Source of the DNA: Tagaea sp.
GTDB lineage: Bacteria; Pseudomonadota; Alphaproteobacteria; CACIAM-22H2
Assembly (NCBI GenBank): GCA_041917215.1
Contig: JAYRYC010000001.1
Span: 905,605-969,604, forward strand
Length of the DNA stretch: 64,000 nucleotides
Direction of reading: 5' to 3'
Position numbers and translations under genes: made by a program. Positions 11,077 to 20,748 of this stretch are shown in pieces. Each line of letters starts with the position of its first letter. Within the stretch, counting starts at the first letter, position 1. The notes under the pieces were generated by a model. The model was given only the letters and a program-made list of their open reading frames with translations. It had not been told where the DNA came from and did not search any database.

Positions 11077-13855
11077 AGAATTCGCGCGTCGCGGCGATCG
11101 CGTCGGCAAGCCCCATGCGCTCGACCTTCGTGCCCGGCGGGAAGGCGCCCGCGAGGCGCGATGGGAAGCGCCCGTCGAGCAGCACGAACACGCCCGAATC
11201 GTCGGCTTTGCGAACGAGCCGCCCGAACGCCTGACGCAAACGCAAGCGCACGATGCGGTCGTCATAGGCGCTTTTGCCGAAGGCCGCGCGCCGCGCCTTG
11301 TGCAGAATATCGGGGCGCGGCCAAGGCACGCGATCGAACACGATCAAGCGCAGCGCGCGCCCCGGTACGTCGACGCCGTCGCGCACGGCATCCGTACCCA
11401 GCAGGCACGAATCTTCCTCGGCGCGGAAAATATCGACCAAAGTCGACACGTCCAAGCGATCCACGTGTTGGGCGTAAAGCGGCAAGCCCGCCGCTTCGAT
11501 CGCCTTGCCGATGCGGTTATGCACGGCTTTCAAACGGCCGATGGCGGTGAACAGGCCCAGCGCGCCGCCGCCCGACGCCAGGAATAGCTCGCGATACGCC
11601 GCGGCGACGCGATCGGGCTCGTCGCGGCCCAAATCGTTGACGACCAGCACGCGCGTGCGCGACGCGTAATCGAAGGGCGAGGGCACTTGGGCACGCACAT
11701 AGTCGGGCATGTGGCGTGCCCCGGTGCGTTCGGCCGCCGCCGCCCAGTCCTTATCGACGTCGCCGGTCGCGTCGGTCAGCGTCGCCGACGTGATCAACGC
11801 GCCATGCGCCGGGCGCAGCACGGTCGCGGCGAAGGGTACGGTCGGATCGACCCAGCGCCGGTTGAGGCCGACATCCGTGTCGCGCCCGTCGATACGGTCG
11901 AGCGAGATCCAATCGACGAACTCGGGCGGCGTTTCGCTCGACAGCGATTTGAGCATCGCGCGCCAGCCGGCGAGTTCGTTGTTGGCGCGGCGTGCAAGGC
12001 CGCGCGCGACGGCTTCGATGCGCGCGCGTGTGGCGGTATCGAGCTCGGCGGCTTCGTCGTCGAGTTTTTCGGCAAGGCGTTTGGCGAGTGCCACCAACGG
12101 CTCGGCGATGCGCGCGAGCGACGCGTCGAGCTTGTCCGCCGCTTCGATCAAGCCGGGGATCGCCGGGCGCGGATCGGTTTCCAGCGAGTACCCGTCGTCT
12201 TCGCCTTCGGCGCGCGCGATGGTTTGTTTGCGCAACAAAGCGAGGAACGCTTCGGTCGTGCCGATGGTTTCGCCCGACAAGCGCGCAAGCCAGCCTTCGC
12301 CCGGCAGCGATCGTGCGGCGGCGATCGCGTGTTCGATCATCGCTTCGGCGCGTTCGTCGCCCGCGACCAGATCGTTGGCGCGTGCCTTCAATCCGCGCGC
12401 GCGCTGGCGCCCGCCTTCCGCGCCGACGATCCAGCGGCGAAGCTCGCTCGTCTCCAGACCGGACAGCGCTGAACCGAAGGCCGAGTCCGCCGCTTCGAAG
12501 ACGTGATGGCCTTCGTCGAACACGTAGCGCAAAGGCTGGCGCGCATCGGTGGCGCCCGCCGTTTGATCGGCGGTCGCGGCCCCCAACGCCGCTTGGATCA
12601 TCACCAGCGCATGATTGGCGATGACGATTTCCGCCCGGCGCGCGCGCCGCACGCTCTTCTCGATCGGGCAGCGCGAATAATGCGCGCAAGCGGCGTAGAC
12701 GCATTCGCCGCGCCGGTCGGCGAGGCCGCGTGTGCGCACCTTGCCGACGAGGTCGGGCAGCCACGCCGGGAAATCGCCGCCGACCATGTCGCCGTCGCGG
12801 CTCGCCGCCGCCCAGCGCGCCATCAGCCCAAGCGGTACGGCGTCCGACGGGCGCGTGATCACGCCACGCACCGCCTCTTCCATGTTCAGCAGGCACAGAT
12901 AATTCTCGCGGCCCTTGCGCAGCACGACTTTGTTGCGCTTCTCGGCGGGTTCTTCGAACAGCCGATCGAGCTCGCGGTCGATCTGGTGCTGGAGATTCTT
13001 GGTGTAGGTCGAAACCCACACCGCCCCGTTGTTCTTCTCGGCCCACAATGTCGCCGGCGCGAGATAGCCGAGCGTCTTGCCCACACCCGTTCCCGCTTCG
13101 GCGACGACGAGGCGCGTATGCTCGGGATCGTCCTTGGGCAGGAAGGCGGCACTGGCGGCCGAAGCGTAGTCGGCTTGCTCGGGCCGCGCTTCGCTGCCCT
13201 CGCCCAGCATATCGGCCAAGCGGCGGCGCGCTTCGCCCGGATCGATCGCATCGTTGCCGGGGGCGGATTCGGGCGCTTGCTCTTCCCATTCGTCGAGGCG
13301 CCGCCAGACTTCCAAGCCTTGCAGCGAACGATCCTTCTCGAAGGCGTCCGGCGCGTCGCCCAACGCCGCGAGCACCGACGGCGCCCAGCGCCAGCCGCCC
13401 CGCGCCATCGCGCGCGCGACCGCCAGGATGTCGGGGTTGCGCGCGGTCAACGGTTCGGCGAGTTCGGCGAGCAACGCCGCGACCGCTTCGCGCACCGCTT
13501 GCGCTTCGGCCGCCAGCGCGTGGGGCACGGTCATGCCCATCGCTTGCGCGAGGCCGCGCGGTGTCGGCACGCAAAATTTCGCGGGCCGCACGAAGGCATA
13601 GAGTTCGAGCGCGTCGATCGCCGCGATCCGGTCGAGGCCCAGGCGTTTGCTTTGCGCAGGCGCATGGACCAGCAGCGGCGCTTCGGCCAAGGCGCGCGAT
13701 GCGGCCTCGCGCAGACCGATCTCTTCGATCTCGCCATCGGCGGTCAGCCAGGCGGCGCGCGCCACGCCGGCCACCAGGATCGGGGCGTCGGGCAGCCTTA
13801 CCGCGCCGGAGGACCGGCGGGCGAAAGGGACGATCGAAGGCGGCGAATCGGGCAT
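11039..13855 (-). CDS. ATP-dependent DNA helicase, DinG/Rad3 family (large alphaproteobacterial form)
   Basis: Walker A (EAGTGVGKT), a DEGH box (YVFDEGHHVFEA), C-terminal helicase motifs, and a Cys cluster (CVYAACAHYSRCP) consistent with an FeS domain. Start trimmed to MPDSPP so that the divergent lysK promoter region is not overlapped. Confidence 0.75.
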   Translation of the reverse strand: MPDSPPSIVPFARRSSGAVRLPDAPILVAGVARAAWLTADGEIEEIGLREAASRALAEAPLLVHAPAQSKRLGLDRIAAIDALELYAFVRPAKFCVPTPRGLAQAMGMTVPHALAAEAQAVREAVAALLAELAEPLTARNPDILAVARAMARGGWRWAPSVLAALGDAPDAFEKDRSLQGLEVWRRLDEWEEQAPESAPGNDAIDPGEARRRLADMLGEGSEARPEQADYASAASAAFLPKDDPEHTRLVVAEAGTGVGKTLGYLAPATLWAEKNNGAVWVSTYTKNLQHQIDRELDRLFEEPAEKRNKVVLRKGRENYLCLLNMEEAVRGVITRPSDAVPLGLMARWAAASRDGDMVGGDFPAWLPDLVGKVRTRGLADRRGECVYAACAHYSRCPIEKSVRRARRAEIVIANHALVMIQAALGAATADQTAGATDARQPLRYVFDEGHHVFEAADSAFGSALSGLETSELRRWIVGAEGGRQRARGLKARANDLVAGDERAEAMIEHAIAAARSLPGEGWLARLSGETIGTTEAFLALLRKQTIARAEGEDDGYSLETDPRPAIPGLIEAADKLDASLARIAEPLVALAKRLAEKLDDEAAELDTATRARIEAVARGLARRANNELAGWRAMLKSLSSETPPEFVDWISLDRIDGRDTDVGLNRRWVDPTVPFAATVLRPAHGALITSATLTDATGDVDKDWAAAAERTGARHMPDYVRAQVPSPFDYASRTRVLVVNDLGRDEPDRVAAAYRELFLASGGGALGLFTAIGRLKAVHNRIGKAIEAAGLPLYAQHVDRLDVSTLVDIFRAEEDSCLLGTDAVRDGVDVPGRALRLIVFDRVPWPRPDILHKARRAAFGKSAYDDRIVRLRLRQAFGRLVRKADDSGVFVLLDGRFPSRLAGAFPPGTKVERMGLADAIAATREFFNAAAEPNRSEP

Positions 13856-13920
13856 TTCCGGCACTATAGGCGTTCGGCGGCGTTGACGCACCGCGTGCCA
13901 ACACCTAGTTTCGCGGCCCC

Positions 13921-15516
13921 ATGACCGAAACGACACAAATGCCGGTTTCCCGCGAGGACGCGCTCAAAGGGCGCGCCTGGCCCTTCGAAGAAGCGCGCAA
14001 GCTGATCGCCCGTCTGGGCGGCAAAGCGCCGGGAAAAGGCTATGTGCTGTTCGAAACGGGCTACGGCCCGTCGGGCCTGCCGCATATCGGCACGTTCGGC
14101 GAGGTCGCGCGCACCACGATGGTGCGCAAGGCTTTCGAATTGATGACCGGTCTGAAGACGCGCCTGTTCGCGTTCTCGGACGACATGGACGGTCTGCGCA
14201 AGGTGCCGGACAATATCCCGAACCAGGAGATGATCCGTCCGCATCTGGGCAAGCCGCTGACGCAAGTGCCCGACCCGTTCGGCACGCATCCGTCCTTCGG
14301 CCAGCACAACAATGCGAAGCTGCGGTCGTTCCTCGACTCCTTCGGCTTCGAATACGAATTCGTCTCGGCGACCGATCGCTACAAGTCGGGTGCCTTCGAC
14401 GAAACGCTGCTGAAGGTCTTGCGCGCCTATGACGAGATCATGGCGATCATACTGCCCACGCTGGGCGAGGAACGCCGCGCGACCTATTCGCCGTTCTTGC
14501 CCGTGTCGCCGAAGTCCGGCCGCGTGCTGCAAACGCCGATCGTCGAGCGCAAGGCGTCGAGCGTCGTATTCCGCGACGAAGACGGCGAACTGGTCGAAGC
14601 GCCCGTCACCGGCGGGGCGTGCAAGCTGCAATGGAAGGTCGACTGGGCGATGCGCTGGGCGGCCCTCGGGGTCGACTACGAAATGTCCGGCAAGGATCTG
14701 ATCGACTCGGTCAAGCAATCCTCCAAGATCGTGCGCGCCATCGGCGGCAAGCCGCCCGAAGGTTTCAACTACGAGCTCTTCCTCGACGAAAACGGCGAGA
14801 AGATCTCGAAGTCGCGCGGCAACGGCCTGACGATCGAGGAATGGCTGACCTACGGCCCGCCGGAAAGCCTGTCGCTGTTCATGTTCCAGCAGCCCAAGGC
14901 CGCCAAGCGCCTGCATTTCGACGTGATCCCGCGCCACGTGGACGATTACCTGTCCTTCGTCGAGCGCTATCCGACGCAGAACATGCAGCAGCGTTTGGAT
15001 AATCCGGTCTTCCATATCCATGGCGGCAATCCGCCGGCACCCGAAGCCAATGCGCTGCCGTTCAACATTCTGCTGAACCTCGCCTCGGTCGCGAATACCG
15101 AGGACAAGGCCGTGCTGTGGGGCTTCATCTCGCGCTACGCGCCGCAGGCCAGTCCGCAGGCGAACCCGATGCTCGACCGTTTGGTCGGGCACGCGATCGC
15201 GTATTTCCGCGACAAGGTGAAGCCGACGCGGGTTTATCGCGCACCCACGGACGCGGAGAAGAAAGCGCTCAGCGATCTCGACGCGATGCTGGCGGGCTTG
15301 CCCGCCGGTGCGGATGCGACGGCGATCCAGAACCACATCTACGAAATCGGCAAGCGGCCGGATTTCGCGGATCTCAAAGCGTGGTTCCAGTGCCTTTACG
15401 AAACGCTGCTCGGGTCGAGCCAGGGGCCGCGCATGGGCTCGTTCGTGGCGCTTTATGGAGTGCCCGAAACGCGCGCGCTGATCGCCAAGGCGCTGTCGGG
15501 CGAACTCTCGAAGTAG
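13921..15516 (+). CDS. lysK: lysine--tRNA ligase, class I
   Basis: HIGH-type motif ([12 protein letters not shown]), a KMSKS-like motif (KISKSRGN), and class I LysRS architecture of 531 aa. Confidence 0.9.
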   Translation: MTETTQMPVSREDALKGRAWPFEEARKLIARLGGKAPGKGYVLFETGYGPSGLPHIGTFGEVARTTMVRKAFELMTGLKTRLFAFSDDMDGLRKVPDNIPNQEMIRPHLGKPLTQVPDPFGTHPSFGQHNNAKLRSFLDSFGFEYEFVSATDRYKSGAFDETLLKVLRAYDEIMAIILPTLGEERRATYSPFLPVSPKSGRVLQTPIVERKASSVVFRDEDGELVEAPVTGGACKLQWKVDWAMRWAALGVDYEMSGKDLIDSVKQSSKIVRAIGGKPPEGFNYELFLDENGEKISKSRGNGLTIEEWLTYGPPESLSLFMFQQPKAAKRLHFDVIPRHVDDYLSFVERYPTQNMQQRLDNPVFHIHGGNPPAPEANALPFNILLNLASVANTEDKAVLWGFISRYAPQASPQANPMLDRLVGHAIAYFRDKVKPTRVYRAPTDAEKKALSDLDAMLAGLPAGADATAIQNHIYEIGKRPDFADLKAWFQCLYETLLGSSQGPRMGSFVALYGVPETRALIAKALSGELSK

Positions 15517-15785
15517 AGTCTGATCCAGGGGAATTGGACCGCCTGCGCCGCAGGGATTTTGTGACGCAGGTAGGAGAAGGGCGCCGCGCGTAGTGGTTCT
15601 ACGCGCCAGCCCTTCGACGACCCTGCGGCGCAAAAGAACGCGGCCCTTCGGGTTGGGTTCCGGCGGGCGCCCGCTTTGTTGCGGTCCTCGCCGATAGAAC
15701 CACTATCGGCTTCGAACCGCGCCGCGCGGATCGCACACGCCGGATACCCAACGCAGACGGCCCAATTCCCCTGGATCAGACTCTA
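15515..15785. repeat. ~270-bp element bounded by perfect 22-bp terminal inverted repeats (GAGTCTGATCCAGGGGAATTGG ... CCAATTCCCCTGGATCAGACTC) with nested internal palindromes; MITE-like or structured RNA
   Basis: Seen directly in the sequence. It fills the whole lysK / repressor intergenic space, and each arm abuts a stop codon. Confidence 0.6.
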
Positions 15786-16427
15786 TTACTGGCTCGCCCA
15801 AACGATGCGATGGATGAAGGCGACACCGCCGGCATCCATCGTTTCGATCGTGTTGTCGCCGACGAGCGGCAACACTTCCACATGGCGCGGCAAGCGGCGC
15901 ACGAATTCGCGCGCGACCAGGCGGCCGACGATGCTGCGCAGGATCACGCGGTCGCCACGCCGCGCGGGTGCGTGCGGGCTAACGATCAAAACATTGCCGT
16001 CGCGATAGAGGGGCTCCAGCGAATCCCCGTTGACGATCAGCGCGTAAGCGTCGTCGTCGAACAGATCGGGGAAGGCGAGTTCGTCCCACGCCGCCCCGGT
16101 GGGTTTACCGGCGTTATCGAACGCATCGCGCAACTGCGCGTCGGAAATCGACAGCGACGGCAGTTTTTTGCGCGCCCCGATTCCGCCCGCCGACGGCACG
16201 ACGCCCGCTTGCGCCAGAAAATCCAACGGGTTGGTCCCCGTGGTGTCGAAGATTCGCGCCAAGGATTCGAGCGAGGGGAAGCGCAAGCGCCCGTCCGGGC
16301 CGATGCGCTTGGAGCGATTGAACGCGCTGGGGTCGAGGCCCGCGCGCTTCGCGAGCCCCGACAACGTGAAGTTATGGTCGCGCGCGACCTTGTCGATCGC
16401 CGACCAGATATCCGCATGACGCAACAT
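15786..16427 (-). CDS. phage CI/LexA-like repressor (N-terminal DNA-binding domain plus C-terminal S24 peptidase domain)
   Basis: C-terminal S24 signature (LIVNGDSLEPLYRDGNVLIV...) with an N-terminal DNA-binding region. Transcribed divergently from the phage structural module. Confidence 0.7.
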   Translation of the reverse strand: MLRHADIWSAIDKVARDHNFTLSGLAKRAGLDPSAFNRSKRIGPDGRLRFPSLESLARIFDTTGTNPLDFLAQAGVVPSAGGIGARKKLPSLSISDAQLRDAFDNAGKPTGAAWDELAFPDLFDDDAYALIVNGDSLEPLYRDGNVLIVSPHAPARRGDRVILRSIVGRLVAREFVRRLPRHVEVLPLVGDNTIETMDAGGVAFIHRIVWASQ

Positions 16428-16489
16428 GACGGTGAAATCTTCGCACGCACCGCCGGATTTGGCGACCGGAATTTCAGCCTTAAAACATG

Positions 16490-16510
16490 AATATAGGAAA
16501 ATATTCCTAT
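16490..16510. promoter_or_regulatory. perfect palindrome ATAGGAA-AATA-TTCCTAT in the AT-rich repressor/structural-module divergent intergenic region; putative operator
   Basis: Seen directly in the sequence. It is the only AT-rich stretch in this intergenic region and lies next to TTTAAAAAT. Confidence 0.5.
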
Positions 16511-16592
16511 TTAAAAATCCATTGAGCGGGCTGCCCGCGAATCGTTATTCCTGGGGCGTCGAATTGATCCGCAACCCTCAGGAAACCGCGTC

Positions 16593-17066
16593 ATGGGCCT
16601 CGACTTCGCCGAACCGCAGACCGCCGAATTCGCGCTGATCCGCCCCGGATCGGAAGCGTTGGTCGTGTTCCGCGACCAGACCGAGATCGCGTGGTTGCGC
16701 TGGCTGAAACGCGGCTTCCGCCATTGCGCGGTGGTGGTGCGGATCGGCGGCGAGTGGGTGATGATCGATTCGCTGTCGCATTCGATTTGTGTCGGTAAAT
16801 TCAGCGCCGAACCGATGTCGCGTCTCGCCTGGCGCTATCGCAAGGCGGGTCACATCGTGATCGAAACGGCGGTCGGCGAAGGCAAGGCGCGCGTGGCGCC
16901 GCCGCTGCCCTTCACCTGCGTCGAGGCGGTCAAGCGCGTGCTGGGCATCCAAAGCTGGTTCGTGCTCACGCCCTATCAGCTCTATCGCCACCTGCGCGGC
17001 CGCGCGCGCGATCGCCGCCCCGAAATCGGCGGCGAAATCCGCCCCGTCGCCGCCGAAGCGGCGTGA
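16593..17066 (+). CDS. hypothetical protein, first gene of the phage-like module (possible His/Cys hydrolase)
   Basis: 157-aa intact ORF with no recognisable family. Contains a conserved-looking H..C pair (LSHSICVGKF). Confidence 0.35.
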   Translation: MGLDFAEPQTAEFALIRPGSEALVVFRDQTEIAWLRWLKRGFRHCAVVVRIGGEWVMIDSLSHSICVGKFSAEPMSRLAWRYRKAGHIVIETAVGEGKARVAPPLPFTCVEAVKRVLGIQSWFVLTPYQLYRHLRGRARDRRPEIGGEIRPVAAEAA

Positions 17067-17123
17067 GAACAAACATCGATCATATTTGTAACCGCCGAAC
17101 GAAAAGGAAATCAGGAGATCGCC

Positions 17124-17336
17124 ATGGGTTCCGTGTTTTCTTCCGCTCCGTCCGCACCGCCGCCGCCCCCGCCGCCGCCGCCTTTGCCCGACCCCGAAGT
17201 CGAACGCCGCGAAGCGCGCATCAAGGCGATGCTGCGCCGCCGGCGCGGGCGTCAGGGTCTGTTGTCGACGGGCGAGCGCGGCGTGCTGACCGCGTCGGTC
17301 CTGCCCGATCAGACCCAAACCAAGCTGGGGGCGTGA
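17124..17336 (+). CDS. small basic proline-rich protein (PPPPPPPPPLP run)
   Basis: 70-aa ORF with an AGGAG RBS. The coding region contains a (CCG)n tract. Confidence 0.35.
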   Translation: MGSVFSSAPSAPPPPPPPPPLPDPEVERREARIKAMLRRRRGRQGLLSTGERGVLTASVLPDQTQTKLGA

Positions 17337-17341
17337 CGATC

Positions 17342-18910
17342 ATGGACGCCGCACCCGACGCCGCGCCCGACCGGGCGCAGGAGATTCTGCGCCGCTATCG
17401 CCGCGCCAAACAGGCGCGGGGACCGTGGGAGTCGATCTGGCAGGATTGCTACGACTTCGCCTTGCCGCAGCGTTCGGCCCTGGCGCCGTCCGTCGCCCCC
17501 GATCGCCGTGCCGATCGTTTGTTCGATGGCACGGCGCCCGATGCGGCCGACCAGCTCGCCGCGTCGTTGATGTCGCAATTGGTGCCGCCCTGGACGCGCT
17601 GGTTCGGCTTGCAGCCGGGCAGCGACGTGCCCGAGGAGGTGCACGCCCAAGTCGGCGAGGTGCTGGAGAAGACCGCCGCGATTCTTCAGACGCATTTCGA
17701 TCGCTCGAATTTCGCGGTCGAGGCGCATCAATGCTTCCTCGATCTGATCGTCGCGGGCACCGCGGCGCTGCAGTTCGAGGAAGCCACGCCCGGCGCGGAC
17801 AGCGCCTTCCGTTTTACCGCCGTGCCCCTGGCACAGATCAGCGTGGAGGAGGGCGGCGATGGCTTGCCCGACACGGTGTTCCGCACCAGCGAGGTAACGG
17901 CCACACGTTTGCGCGCCCGCTTCCCGCGCGCCGAATTGCCCGAGGCGATCTTGCGCGAAGCCGAGGAGCGCACGAGCGAAGGTGTCGAAAAGCGCCACAC
18001 GCTGGTCGAAGCGGCGTTGCCCGAAGCGTCGGGCGTGCGATACGCGGCCGTGCTCGAAACCGGGGCGGGGGCGCAAACGCCCACGCTGCTCGCCGAAGGC
18101 CGCTTCGCGCAATCGCCGTTCCTCGTCTTCCGCTGGCTGAAGGCGCCGGGCGAATCCTATGGCCGTTCGCCGGTCATGAAGGCGCTGCCCGATATCAAGA
18201 CCGCGAACAAGGTCGTCGAACTCGTGCTCAAGAACGCGTCGATCGCGGTCACGGGCATTTGGCAGGCCGACGACGACGGGGTGCTCAACCCCGCCAATAT
18301 CAAGCTTCAGCCCGGCACGATCATCCCCAAGGCCGTGGGCTCGGCGGGACTGACACCGCTGGAAGCGCCGGGCCGTTTCGACGTGTCGAATCTCGTGCTC
18401 TCCGATCTGCGCGCGCGCATCCGCAACGCGCTGCTCGCCGACAAGCTCGGTGCCATCGAAGGGCCGAAGATGACGGCGACGGAAGTTCTCGAACGCTCGG
18501 CCGAAATGGCGCGCGTGCTCGGCGCCACCTATGGCCGCTTGCAGTCTGAACTGCTCACGCCGCTGGTCGCGCGCTCGATCGCCATCCTGCGCCGGCGCGG
18601 CGAGGTGCCGCCGATCGTGATCGACGGGCGCGTGGTGGAGCTTCGCTACAAATCGCCGCTTGCGCGCGTGCAGGCCGAAAGCGACGTGCGCAACGCGCTG
18701 CTGTGGATCCAGCAAACCGCGATGCTCGGCCCCGAAGGCCAAGCGACGGTCGATAGTGCCGCCGCCGCGCGCTGGATCGCGCGCGCGATGAACGTGCCCG
18801 CCGATCTGGTGAAGCCCGTTCAGGCCTTGCCCGACCCCGCGATGCTCGCCGCCGCATTGGGGCTTGGGCCCCAAGCAGCACCCGCCCCCGTTCCGCCACT
18901 CCCGAACTGA
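17342..18910 (+). CDS. phage portal (head-to-tail connector) protein, T7 gp8-like
   Basis: ~520 aa. Motif FRWLKAPGESYGRSPVMKALPDIKTANKVVELV matches the T7 connector R(M)VRLDGESYGRSYIEEYLGDL... Position is directly upstream of scaffold and capsid, as in T7. Confidence 0.8.
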   Translation: MDAAPDAAPDRAQEILRRYRRAKQARGPWESIWQDCYDFALPQRSALAPSVAPDRRADRLFDGTAPDAADQLAASLMSQLVPPWTRWFGLQPGSDVPEEVHAQVGEVLEKTAAILQTHFDRSNFAVEAHQCFLDLIVAGTAALQFEEATPGADSAFRFTAVPLAQISVEEGGDGLPDTVFRTSEVTATRLRARFPRAELPEAILREAEERTSEGVEKRHTLVEAALPEASGVRYAAVLETGAGAQTPTLLAEGRFAQSPFLVFRWLKAPGESYGRSPVMKALPDIKTANKVVELVLKNASIAVTGIWQADDDGVLNPANIKLQPGTIIPKAVGSAGLTPLEAPGRFDVSNLVLSDLRARIRNALLADKLGAIEGPKMTATEVLERSAEMARVLGATYGRLQSELLTPLVARSIAILRRRGEVPPIVIDGRVVELRYKSPLARVQAESDVRNALLWIQQTAMLGPEGQATVDSAAAARWIARAMNVPADLVKPVQALPDPAMLAAALGLGPQAAPAPVPPLPN

Positions 18911-18928
18911 TCCGCGAAAGGAAACGCT

Positions 18929-19690
18929 ATGACCACCGAAACCGCTGCGCCCGCCACGCCGATGCCCACGCCCGAGCCCGTCTCGCTGCTGCCGAATCCT
19001 GCACCCGCCGGCGGCCGTCCGGAATCGCTGCCCGAGAAATTCTGGGACAGCGAGAAGGGCGCCATCCGCACCGAAGATCTCGCCAAAGCCTATACCGAGC
19101 TCGAGCGGCGCATGTCGGGCTCCGTTCCCGGGCCCGGCAGTGCGGAGTGGGATTCCACGCTGCGTCGCGCGTTGGAAATTCCCGAAACGCCCGACGGCTA
19201 TCAGATCGCGATGAAAGACGATCTGCTGACGGTCGATCCCGCCGTGAACGCGCGCTTGCATCAGGCGGGTTTCTCGCCGCGCCAGGCGCAGCTCGTCTAC
19301 GACCTGGCGGTCGAGCGTATCGTTCCGCTGGCGGCACAGCTTGCCGCCGATGCGCGCCACGAGCAGACGATGGAACGCCTGACCGAGGAATTCGGCGGGA
19401 CCGAGAAATGGAACGCGCTGTCGGGCCAGATCGCCGCGTGGGGCCAGCGCAATCTCTCGCCGGTCGTGTACGCGGCACTCGCCGCGTCGCCCGACGGGAT
19501 CCGCGCGATGCGCCGCTTGATGGAATCGGGCGAGCCGCCCTTGGGCATGCCCGGCGGCGCGCCCATGCCCGCCAGCGAAGGCGATCTGCGCGAGATGATG
19601 AAGGACAAGCGCTATTGGCGCGATCGCGACCCCGCTTTCATCCGCGCGGTCACCGACGGCTATCGCCGCCTTTACGACGGCAAAGCCTGA
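18929..19690 (+). CDS. putative capsid scaffolding protein (T7 gp9 position)
   Basis: 253 aa, acidic and Pro/Ala-rich. Lies between the portal and capsid genes. Confidence 0.4.
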   Translation: MTTETAAPATPMPTPEPVSLLPNPAPAGGRPESLPEKFWDSEKGAIRTEDLAKAYTELERRMSGSVPGPGSAEWDSTLRRALEIPETPDGYQIAMKDDLLTVDPAVNARLHQAGFSPRQAQLVYDLAVERIVPLAAQLAADARHEQTMERLTEEFGGTEKWNALSGQIAAWGQRNLSPVVYAALAASPDGIRAMRRLMESGEPPLGMPGGAPMPASEGDLREMMKDKRYWRDRDPAFIRAVTDGYRRLYDGKA

Positions 19691-19791
19691 CGCCATTCGG
19701 CGGCGCCGCCCGCCCGTGATGTGCCGCTTGCGACGCGGCACCAACGGATAACGGAACGGCACCCGAAGAACGCGCCGGGATAACCGTCGCA

Positions 19792-19836
19792 CCCGGAAAG
19801 GCGCCTAGGCCGGTCGCACGGCCAAGCCTTTCCGGG
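19792..19836 (+). other. 11-bp stem / 23-nt loop hairpin (CCCGGAAAGGC...GCCTTTCCGGG) in the 229-bp scaffold-capsid intergenic region
   Basis: Seen directly in the sequence. It lies upstream of a strong AGGAGA RBS for the capsid gene. Confidence 0.4.
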
Positions 19837-19919
19837 ACGGACGGCCCCGGCGCCGAACCCACCCCGCCGGCCGCTTCTCGGACGTCCGGTCAACCTCTAC
19901 GCCAGGAGACAATCTAAAG

Positions 19920-20732
19920 ATGCCGAATATCGAAACGGCCTTCGTCAAAAACTACGAAGGCGAAGTCCACACCGCCTATCAGCGGCTGGGCTCCAAGCTG
20001 CGCAACACCGTGCGATCGAAGAAGCAGATCGAGGGTGCATCGACCGTGTTCCAGAAGATGGGCAAGGGGGCCGCGTCCACCAAGGCGCGTCACGCCCAGG
20101 TCCCGGTGATGAATGTCGACCATTCCACGGTCGAAGTGTTCCTCAAGGACTACTACGCCGGCGAATGGCTCGACGCGCTCGACGAGATCAAGGTCGGCAG
20201 CGACGAACGCCAAGCGGTGATCAATTCGGGCGCCTACGCGCTGGGCCGCAAGACCGACGAACTGATCATCGAAGCGCTGGGCGTGTCGAGCAACTACGCG
20301 GGCGACAACGTCTCGGGCCTCACCAAGGCCAAGGTGCTGACCGCCTTCGAGATGCTGGGTGCGGTCGACGTGCCCGACGACGGCGAGCGCTACGCCGTGG
20401 TCGGCTGGGGCCAGTGGAGCGATCTGCTCGACATCGAGGAGTTCGCCAACGCCGATTACGTCGGATCGGAAGATCTGCCGTGGAACGGCACGCAGGCCAA
20501 ACGCTGGCTCGGCACGCTGTGGATGCCGCATTCGGGCCTGACCAAAACGGCCGGCGTGCGCTTCTGCCACTGGTACCACAAATCGGCGATCGGCCACGCG
20601 TCCGGCAAGGACGTGACGACCGACATCACCTGGCACGGCGACCGCGCCAGCTTCTTCATCTCGAACATGATGAGCCAGGGTGCCGGCATCATCGACGCCG
20701 AAGGCGTCGTCACCCTGCGTTGCGCCGAGTAA
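19920..20732 (+). CDS. major capsid protein, T7 gp10-like
   Basis: FVKNYEGEVHTAYQRLGSKLRNTVRSK aligns with T7 gp10 FLKVFGGEVLTAFARTSVTTSRHMVRS. A strong SD precedes it, and it sits in the gp10 position. Confidence 0.7.
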   Translation: MPNIETAFVKNYEGEVHTAYQRLGSKLRNTVRSKKQIEGASTVFQKMGKGAASTKARHAQVPVMNVDHSTVEVFLKDYYAGEWLDALDEIKVGSDERQAVINSGAYALGRKTDELIIEALGVSSNYAGDNVSGLTKAKVLTAFEMLGAVDVPDDGERYAVVGWGQWSDLLDIEEFANADYVGSEDLPWNGTQAKRWLGTLWMPHSGLTKTAGVRFCHWYHKSAIGHASGKDVTTDITWHGDRASFFISNMMSQGAGIIDAEGVVTLRCAE

Positions 20733-20748
20733 CGGAAAGGAGACGCAC

